Shown here: positions 47,101 through 53,574 of the stretch, in pieces
Numbering within the stretch: the first letter of the stretch is position 1
Layout of the letters: every line of letters begins with the position of its first letter
Source: a bacterium
GTDB taxonomy: Bacteria; CLD3; SB21
NCBI GenBank assembly: GCA_013360215.1
Contig: JABWCP010000005.1
Coordinates: 186,001 to 239,574, forward strand
Length of the DNA: 53,574 nucleotides
Direction of reading: 5' to 3'
The notes under the pieces: generated by a model
What the model was told of the DNA's origin: nothing
What the model saw: only the letters and a program-made list of their open reading frames with translations
The model's database searches: none
Made by a program: the position numbers and the translations under genes

Positions 47101-50100
47101 AGCGGATCATTGACCGGCGTTACATTTACATCAAACGTATCGGATACAGAGTACTGTCCGTCGCTCGCTGTAATGCTGAGTGTGGCCGTCGCGGTATGAA
47201 AATCTTTAACACTCATCACATATAACGAATCATGCTGTATGTGAGCGGTTACACCTGTGGCGATGGCCGTTATCATATAGCTCAACGAGTCAGACTCTAC
47301 ATCCGCAAAATGGTCGGATAGATTGACATAAAAAATTCGCCCAAAATCCTCTGCTAGGGACGTATCTCTGATCGCGGATGCGACATACGGCGCATCATTT
47401 TGCATTGTGACATCCACACTAAAAGTATCACGGATCGTATATTCACCGTCGTTCGCCGTAAGTTCGATCGTTGCGATACCATTAAACGAAGCAACGCTTA
47501 AGAGGTAGAGACTGTCATTGGAAATGTAAGGTGTCGCACCGGATGCGATCGTACTTCCACCGAACGTGAGTCCATTGTCCACGTCACCGAAAATATCCAA
47601 TAAGCGAGCCACATAAACTTTGCCGAAGTCTTCATTGTACGCCGTGTCACGCACCGCCGACAGAATGGTCGGTGCATCGTTGATATTATTTACCGTGATT
47701 TGCAGATAACCGAAGGACTGGCCGCCGTAATTATCCGCCGCATAATACATCACGGTATCTACACCGGCAAAATTGGAATCCGGTTTGTACGTGATCGTCA
47801 GATTACCCGAGTTAATCGTAGCCGTGCCATGCCGCGGTTGGGAAATCGAAGCGATATGGAGCACATGGTTTTCCGGGTCGGTATCATTATCAAGAACAGC
47901 CGATGTAATGCTGCTTTCTTCTGAAATTTCTTCGGTATCCATGACGACAACAGGATTGCTATTATTCTGCGCTTTTTCCAAAATAATATTATCCAAGCCG
48001 GCACTATCCGTCCCTGCTGCATATTCACCACGAATACGCAGAGCGGTAACATTGGACAATACGTTTTGCAATTCAGATTGTGTCGGAACAGACCCTGATG
48101 TTTTTTTCCATCCTGCCGTCTCGTTGAACACCAAACCAAAACTCGTGAATGTAGTACGCGGATTAGCCGGGAAATCATAATTTAGCTGAACACCGTTACC
48201 GATTAAAATCACATCGGGTTGCGAATTGTCCGTTCCTGCAGGGCTTTGTTTGATATCATAACGCAGCGTTTTATCGTAAACGGAACTGAGGTCGCCGAGA
48301 AATTTGGAAGGCGCGTTAAAATACCACCAGGCGCCCGTCACGGCATCGGTCGCCGTAAAATAACCACCAGGATTTCCCCCTGTCGAACGGTATGCGGAGT
48401 CCGATACATCGTTGACCGTTGACCAATTTTCCATATCGGTGTCAAATTTACTCCAAGTGACAAGGAATGAATCGCCGGATGTAACTGCAACAAACATCGT
48501 AGCAGAATCCGCCAATGATCCGTCGGAGACATAAAACTTGAAACTATCCACGCCGGTATAATACATGTTTGGTATGTACACAACAGAGGAGGATGTACCA
48601 TCAATCTGTGCGTCACCAAACTTAGGCCGTGATACCGCTGACACCGAGAGTGTTTGATTTTCGGCGTCCGTCGCTGTTGCCACCACATTGATGCGTACGA
48701 CATTATATTGCGTGACCGTCGTTGTTGTATCTTTTGCGTCAGGACGATCATTAACACTGTTAACCGTGATTTTTACCGCCGCCGTATCCAAACCGCCGCG
48801 GCCGTCAGCAATCACATACTGCAAACTATCCGAACCGGAATATTCCGAAGCGGACGTATAAATAATCGTCGTATCGCCACTACCATTTACCACGGTTCCG
48901 TGATAAGGGAATCCGGAGAGAATTTCGACGATACGAAGCGCGTCACCATTGGTATCCGTATCGTTGCGTAAAACAGAAAGCGTAGATGGGACGTCTTCTG
49001 AAGCCGTCACGATATCATTGGTCGCTACCGGAGGTGTATTGGACGAATCTGCAGTCACAAGAAAAAGCGCCGTGTCTCTATACATCGGTACAAAATCATA
49101 TGGCCCGCCGGTACGCAGTCCCTGTATCGCTCCGAAACCTCCGGACTTACTCGCATAATTCATGATTTTAAACGTGTCGCCAAGCGCCGGCAAAAATCCA
49201 TTAAGTAAATTTACATTTACGGTTCCCGCGAGTGTCGCGCTGCCGCTTGCGCGCAATTCATCAAATTGACCAGCGTTTTTTCCGCTAATCTCGGCATCAT
49301 AAACGGCCGTACTCTTATTATTGATATTTCCGGTGAAACGTAGTTTGCCGGGCGAAGCGCCGGGACGTATTGTACCGTAATTATCAAAACGCGTACCGAC
49401 ATCAAGAACGCCTTTGCCGGTGATAATACCGGTGCTGAAGTTAACAAGACTGTCATAACACAAAATTGTCAACCCTGAATCAATTTGTAACGTACCGTAA
49501 TTACTGATTTGATATTCAAAACTCGAAATGCCCGTGCCGCCGGATTTACGCAGCAACCCATAATTGTTTAGATACGGTTTGGCAGCTGCAAACATCCAGT
49601 TAGAATTCACATCGGTTGCCAATGTCGTCGTCGCACCGGGCATGTTGTTATACACAGCTCCTGCGTCAAACATGACAGGATTATTCCAGTTGGCAGTACC
49701 GTAGTTGTTGACTATGCGTCGAAAAAGAGTTCCGTTATTATAATCAAAGACTGATGCCGGCGACAAGGTCAGTGTTTGTGCAGGAGTATTGGAACTCAAT
49801 GTCCCTGTCAACTGCAAATAATGACGAACAAACCACGGGTTATTTCCACCGACGGTTCCATTAACCAGCAGCGTATCTACTTTCAGGGAGTCGGTCGTAA
49901 TAAAATTTGCCGTACCGCCGGAAACATTCAGTCTATTTCCAACACTCAGGAGATGACCGGACGGCATTCTGAAATTAACCGTACCGCCGGTGATGGTTAG
50001 CCTGTTGGATGTACTGAATGTGCTGTCAAAATTGACGGTACCTCCACCGATCGTAGTATTGCCAGTAATATTATATACACCGTCCATCGTAAAATTAGTA

Positions 50101-53100
50101 GGACTGATGAGTACGGTACCACTCCCTGTGATATTGCTCGACGCGTCAAAAGAGTGATTTCCTCCGGCAAAGTCAATCGTTGAGCCCGGCGAAAGTATAA
50201 AACTACCTCCGGCATGGGTACCGCTGGTTCCAAAAAACAAAGTACCCGACCAAACTTCGATTGTACCATAGTTATTCACGTAATATTCGAAGCTTGATAT
50301 ACCGGTACCACCGGACTTTCTAAGTGTTCCGTAATTATTAAAATTATTCGAAGTTCCGGCAAACCAGTTGGTGTTTCCATCCAGCGGCCAATCGGTCAAA
50401 GCCCCCGGCATATTATTATACACTGCGTTCTGGTCAAGTCCCCAAGGTGTTGTCCAAATAGCCGTTCCGTAATTATTGAATGTCCTTTTAGAAATACTGC
50501 CAGTCCCAAGCCATAAAAATGCCGCCGTAGGAGCGATAATTATTTGCTGGCTTGAATCTGTTCCCACGATAGCGCTGTTGGTAAATTTAAGAGTATCCTG
50601 AATTAGAATTATTGAGGTGCCTCCGAAATTGCCGTTCTGCATCCAAACCTCTTCCAGTTTGGCCGTATCGGATCTGTCAAAATAAACATTCGTAGCCGCA
50701 AACGTATGTCCAATAATGATTCGTTTCGGTAATTTTATGATATGGCCATTCGGTCCGTCAAAATAATATGTGCTGCCGTACAATATCATCGTAGGCCCTG
50801 TAACATTTATTATGCCTCTCAGTCGTATCGTTCCGCCAAACGCATCACCTAAAATCACACCTTTACCTTGTATCGTACACGAACTGTCATATGTCTGATT
50901 AGCTGCGTCGATTTGCCAAGTTGCTGCGGAATCAATGTCAATCACGGCACCTGTAGCGTTATTAACTCCGCCAAAACGAAGTTTGTTGAGTTTGATTTCA
51001 ACGCGTGAACCATTGTAGTGGTTGGTCGCAACATTCCATTCCGTATTTGCGCCCGCCGATTTACGGATAGTTCCGTAGTTTTCAACGCGCGGTACACTTC
51101 CCGTTTGATGCCAATAGCTAGATCCTGAGTTGGTTAAAATAATAGCGCCCGGCCGATTGATGAATACCGCCCCGTTACTAACACGCCATTCGCTCGAAGT
51201 CCAGTTTAACGTTCCGTAATTATCAATAGTACGCTTGCTGAAAAAACTCAAACCAGATGCATTCAAAATAGCGCTTGATCCGATAATCAACGTATTTGTG
51301 GAATCCGTACCGGAGAGAGTGCCTCCGGAGAAAGCAAATCTATTATTTATTTTTACTGTAGCCAAACCATTGAGGATGCCGCCACTCGTGATCGAAAGTA
51401 CATTGAACTGGAGCGTATCCGGCTGATTAAAATACACTGTTCCTCCGGAGATCGTAACACTATCCACAGAAGGAATCCGTGAAGCGACATGTGCTGTACC
51501 GCCATTAAAATCCAAAATACCGGAGCCATTGATCGTATTTGAAGTGTCCATGTACTGAGTACCACCGTATATCCGATACCGTGCACCATTGGATAAATTA
51601 AAATTTGTTGTTTTAGATGTATGGTTGGACTGGACTGCTAATGTTCCAGAAGCTACGTTGTAGGTTGCCAAAGAATCGTACAGCGGAACATTGATCGTAG
51701 TTTGGCCCGCACCGGACGACTTGTGAATAGTCCCGTAGTTATAGATCATCGGATCAGAACCGCCATTCGGAAAATTATTCCAATACCAATCTCCGGTGAT
51801 ATTGATCAATGCACCAGGGCGATTGATGAAGATCGCACCGTAATCCCAATCCCAGTGTCCTGCGGTCCAATTGATTGTACCATCATTGATAAATGTTCGT
51901 TTCTGAACTTGACGGGTATTCACGGTTATATTCACCGTACCGCTGTTGACAAATGTTACGTTAGAATCGCTTCCATAAATATATCCGCCGCTCCAATCGT
52001 ACCGCGTTTTAACACGAATCGGAGAATTACCCGTTATGATACCGCTTGACTGAACCATGCGATCCACAATGACCGAATCATTGGTGTTAAATGTTGCCGT
52101 ATTGCTAGTCATGGTCAATCGCGACAAGATCAAAGAGTCTTTGGTGTTCAAGGTTACGTTACCTGAAATGCCGAGATACGGTCCGAAGCTCGGTGCAGAT
52201 CCGTTAAATGACACCGTAGCGGAGACGTCCGTGCTGTCTGAAACATCATAGAGTCCGTTGATGGTATAGGTTCCACTGGTAAACCGTACTGTTCCCGTTC
52301 CACTGATTGACGATGCTGCATCCCACGTTTGCGTTCCGCCCGCATAGATGGCGAAACGGCTATTACTCAAAGTCCACGGCGTATTGACATTAGTAGCACT
52401 GGCGGATACCTGCAACGTTCCCGATTGAATCTGATAGGACGCGTTTGTATTTACGGCATCAACATTGAGGTAGGCATAACTACTACCGGAAGACACACGA
52501 AATGTCCCGTTATTAATAAACTTCGGCGCCGGCGCTGCACCAAAATAATTGATATAGTATCCTGCAGCGGTCGCATCTATGATTGCGCCTGATTCATTAC
52601 GAATAATTGCACCGGTATTATTATCCCAATGTCCCAATGTCCATGAAATCGTTCCTTGGTTGATCAGCGTTCGTTTAGATAGTGTACGAGTACCCGAGTT
52701 AAAGAGGGCTGCCGTCTGGATTATGGTTGCCACGGTTGAATCCGTTGCGGATTGTGTCCCTCCTGACCAATTAAACCAATCTTTTATACGTACCGGAGAA
52801 TTGCCGGTGATCGTACCGTTAACTTGAATCAATGTGTCAATCACCAGTGTATCGTTCATAGTCAAATTGATCGTACCGCCGGATTGACGCAAGCTTCGCA
52901 TAGTGATGTTTTGCGGTGACGTGATGTTTATCGTGCCGCTGGTTATCGAAACGCTATCGCCGAGCGATAGTGATTTTCCTGCAGAAGCATTAAATGTCAT
53001 GCTGGACGAAGTCAAAAAGTACGAAACACCTTTAATATTTACGTCTCCTGTAAACGTAGCCGCTCCGCTGCCTATGGTTAAATTTCCTGCACCACTGATT

Positions 53101-53573
53101 GATGAATTGGCATCCAACGAAGCGGTCGTACCGGTGAAATACAATGTAGCTCCGGAGGCAATCGTCACATCCGCATCCGTTGTTATCAGTGAACGATAGA
53201 AATACGTTACCCCAGTTTGAAGGTCAACCGTGGATCCGCTGTATGAATAAATATCTGCATCCACAGTAAAGTTGGTTGCATTGACCGAACGACGGAATAT
53301 TCCGTAGTTATTCAAACGTGAAAGCGCTCCATTGATATGATCCAATGCGGGAGATGATGTGTTGATACAATCAAAGAGATTATTGTTGTTGATAACTGTC
53401 CCGGAATCCATTATAAGACTGGACGTACCGCCATAGCTAATCGTACCATTATTCTCCACCGTGATCTTTTGCCAACGAAGCGTAGATGTAGGATTGAGCG
53501 TAAGCGTCTGACCGCTACCAATCAACAACTTGATCGTCGAATCCGTAGCACGCAATACACCCTGATTCATCGT
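44136..53573 (-). CDS. Giant secreted surface protein (>3144 aa, N-terminus beyond the window): beta-helix repeats, Ig/cadherin-like repeats, laminin-B-like domain, FN3-like domain, T9SS/FlgD-type C-terminal domain
   Basis: Uninterrupted ORF to the window edge with no signal peptide at the visible start; ends LAQNYPNPFNPSTTI.F...VYNLLGQ.VKTL...WDGRN..G...ASGVY.YRL...KMMLIK. Confidence 0.9.
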   Translation of the reverse strand, partial: TMNQGVLRATDSTIKLLIGSGQTLTLNPTSTLRWQKITVENNGTISYGGTSSLIMDSGTVINNNNLFDCINTSSPALDHINGALSRLNNYGIFRRSVNATNFTVDADIYSYSGSTVDLQTGVTYFYRSLITTDADVTIASGATLYFTGTTASLDANSSISGAGNLTIGSGAATFTGDVNIKGVSYFLTSSSMTFNASAGKSLSLGDSVSITSGTINITSPQNITMRSLRQSGGTINLTMNDTLVIDTLIQVNGTITGNSPVRIKDWFNWSGGTQSATDSTVATIIQTAALFNSGTRTLSKRTLINQGTISWTLGHWDNNTGAIIRNESGAIIDATAAGYYINYFGAAPAPKFINNGTFRVSSGSSYAYLNVDAVNTNASYQIQSGTLQVSASATNVNTPWTLSNSRFAIYAGGTQTWDAASSISGTGTVRFTSGTYTINGLYDVSDSTDVSATVSFNGSAPSFGPYLGISGNVTLNTKDSLILSRLTMTSNTATFNTNDSVIVDRMVQSSGIITGNSPIRVKTRYDWSGGYIYGSDSNVTFVNSGTVNITVNTRQVQKRTFINDGTINWTAGHWDWDYGAIFINRPGALINITGDWYWNNFPNGGSDPMIYNYGTIHKSSGAGQTTINVPLYDSLATYNVASGTLAVQSNHTSKTTNFNLSNGARYRIYGGTQYMDTSNTINGSGILDFNGGTAHVASRIPSVDSVTISGGTVYFNQPDTLQFNVLSITSGGILNGLATVKINNRFAFSGGTLSGTDSTNTLIIGSSAILNASGLSFFSKRTIDNYGTLNWTSSEWRVSNGAVFINRPGAIILTNSGSSYWHQTGSVPRVENYGTIRKSAGANTEWNVATNHYNGSRVEIKLNKLRFGGVNNATGAVIDIDSAATWQIDAANQTYDSSCTIQGKGVILGDAFGGTIRLRGIINVTGPTMILYGSTYYFDGPNGHIIKLPKRIIIGHTFAATNVYFDRSDTAKLEEVWMQNGNFGGTSIILIQDTLKFTNSAIVGTDSSQQIIIAPTAAFLWLGTGSISKRTFNNYGTAIWTTPWGLDQNAVYNNMPGALTDWPLDGNTNWFAGTSNNFNNYGTLRKSGGTGISSFEYYVNNYGTIEVWSGTLFFGTSGTHAGGSFILSPGSTIDFAGGNHSFDASSNITGSGTVLISPTNFTMDGVYNITGNTTIGGGTVNFDSTFSTSNRLTITGGTVNFRMPSGHLLSVGNRLNVSGGTANFITTDSLKVDTLLVNGTVGGNNPWFVRHYLQLTGTLSSNTPAQTLTLSPASVFDYNNGTLFRRIVNNYGTANWNNPVMFDAGAVYNNMPGATTTLATDVNSNWMFAAAKPYLNNYGLLRKSGGTGISSFEYQISNYGTLQIDSGLTILCYDSLVNFSTGIITGKGVLDVGTRFDNYGTIRPGASPGKLRFTGNINNKSTAVYDAEISGKNAGQFDELRASGSATLAGTVNVNLLNGFLPALGDTFKIMNYASKSGGFGAIQGLRTGGPYDFVPMYRDTALFLVTADSSNTPPVATNDIVTASEDVPSTLSVLRNDTDTNGDALRIVEILSGFPYHGTVVNGSGDTTIIYTSASEYSGSDSLQYVIADGRGGLDTAAVKITVNSVNDRPDAKDTTTTVTQYNVVRINVVATATDAENQTLSVSAVSRPKFGDAQIDGTSSSVVYIPNMYYTGVDSFKFYVSDGSLADSATMFVAVTSGDSFLVTWSKFDTDMENWSTVNDVSDSAYRSTGGNPGGYFTATDAVTGAWWYFNAPSKFLGDLSSVYDKTLRYDIKQSPAGTDNSQPDVILIGNGVQLNYDFPANPRTTFTSFGLVFNETAGWKKTSGSVPTQSELQNVLSNVTALRIRGEYAAGTDSAGLDNIILEKAQNNSNPVVVMDTEEISEESSITSAVLDNDTDPENHVLHIASISQPRHGTATINSGNLTITYKPDSNFAGVDTVMYYAADNYGGQSFGYLQITVNNINDAPTILSAVRDTAYNEDFGKVYVARLLDIFGDVDNGLTFGGSTIASGATPYISNDSLYLLSVASFNGIATIELTANDGEYTIRDTFSVDVTMQNDAPYVASAIRDTSLAEDFGRIFYVNLSDHFADVESDSLSYMITAIATGVTAHIQHDSLYVMSVKDFHTATATLSITASDGQYSVSDTFDVNVTPVNDPLVQTTALNNQTLVENFDKTALGYLPNYFSDPDDAALSYTVSVVSGNVVTYISGDTLYAESVAGFLGDAFLRITASDTQYTLVDTLTVSVVPFNYTPTVMQSLRDTTWSEDIGKTFIAELNSHFTDVESSTLIYSSQVIAGSGTTTITNDSLYLQSAKDFYGNILLRLIASDGALSVSDTLAVEITNVNDAPQRIAHIADITKTVDFGKSYVEKSSNVFNDADNDALTMTATALQAGVNTEVSGDSLYIISVGGFVGNVGILVTAHDAEYSVTDTFYVTVNPENFQPTLVQSLRDTTFTEDFAKTQMYRLNDFFNDVDDVNLSYSSHILSSGVSAIIAQDSLYLSGVADFNGTAVVRIQAQDSYGNSVADTINVIVTPVNDAPNRTNQIADRDLAQDFGKTYADKLSAVFNDIDNGTLNYAVSTLNAGVNGLIQNDTLYLISTNGFTGASTLRVTASDGEYTVADTLIVNVFSTNHSPVLAQMLRDTTLNEDFGRIRHSVLTQFFTDSDLDALTFTATAEAGVSTSIQNDTLYLTSTSQFSGTPKVIVSVSDGLVAISDTFTVTINPVNDAPSAFTLVTPLNNGLLTALRPAFVWRKAIDQDGDVLSYTIEVSTNNTFASAVINASTSDTSYTPASDLDSAQSYFWRITAHDGHGGNTVSNVQSFTVDAKRPVLSLWFNQGPILKSYIDLQVYSSEVLSGTVQAQVTMKNTANTVTDNRTVSLQRVGVGTLYTGKYQMNTEGSLAVAINAQDAAGNTRSVQRIYQVAAVSKSHTLALKSTSVFLSSNGRMKSSDGFILMGENTEEELNEILVSTSVSIHGTTEISDVLNLVIRLDKEMFAEASVQSQFDKRQIGIYRKTDMGYEYVGGQSDGYEVRAKVAHYGTYVALYRAGHVVVPDRLELAQNYPNPFNPSTTIEFGLTENGNVKIAVYNLLGQLVKTLVDEKREAGYHKIVWDGRNAAGQLSASGVYIYRLETKSGLVTRKMMLIK
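45420..47700 (-). repeat. Eight tandem roughly 90-95-aa Ig/cadherin-like protein repeats (N-D-A-P...E-D-F-G...D-S-L-Y-L...A-S-D-G...D-T)
   Basis: Units counted in the translation: EDFGK, EDFGR, ENFDK, EDIGK, VDFGK, EDFAK, QDFGK, EDFGR. Boundaries approximate. Confidence 0.8.
49380..53573 (-). repeat. At least six long degenerate beta-helix-type protein repeats (KRT.xNxGT..W...GA...N.PGA...NYG..RKS.G)
   Basis: Anchors KITVENNGT, KRTLINQGT, KRTFINDGT, KRTIDNYGT, KRTFNNYGT, RRIVNNYGT. Boundaries approximate. Confidence 0.75.
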
Positions 53574-53574
53574 A

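Noticed and set aside
1-53574. CRISPR array, tRNA/rRNA, IS/integrase or prophage genes
   Set aside because: No regularly spaced DNA repeats, RNA-gene signatures, or transposase, integrase or phage motifs seen; intergenic gaps are short.

Overview
Gene-dense chromosomal window (about 40 CDSs) from a Gram-negative bacterium, probably of the FCB group. That placement is inferred from a T9SS/FlgD-type C-terminal sorting domain, a GWxTD-like protein, propeller/Y_Y_Y sensor kinases and a CarboxypepD-type TonB-dependent receptor. I saw no rRNA, tRNA, CRISPR array, transposase or phage genes. Most of the content is housekeeping, envelope and signalling genes. Four things stand out. (1) A candidate regulatory unit at 7.0-9.4 kb: a membrane-targeted ORF ending in a RAPP ribosome-arrest-type motif, a structured leader with alternative pairings, two unannotated 36- and 41-aa single-TM ORFs, and an NhaD/IT-family ion transporter. 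(2) A respiratory cluster at 32.5-37.5 kb: adjacent CbcL-like (13 CxxCH plus cytochrome b) and ImcH-like (7 heme motifs) genes behind two duplicated monoheme cytochromes c. (3) A recurring Crp/Fnr-like ATGAY-N4-RTCAT palindrome, twice centred at about -41.5 from a TAnnnT element. (4) A >3100-aa secreted protein, cut by the window end, combining autotransporter-passenger-like beta-helix repeats, Ig-like repeats, a laminin-B-like domain and a T9SS/FlgD-type tail. All calls come from reading motifs by eye; no database search or folding program was run.
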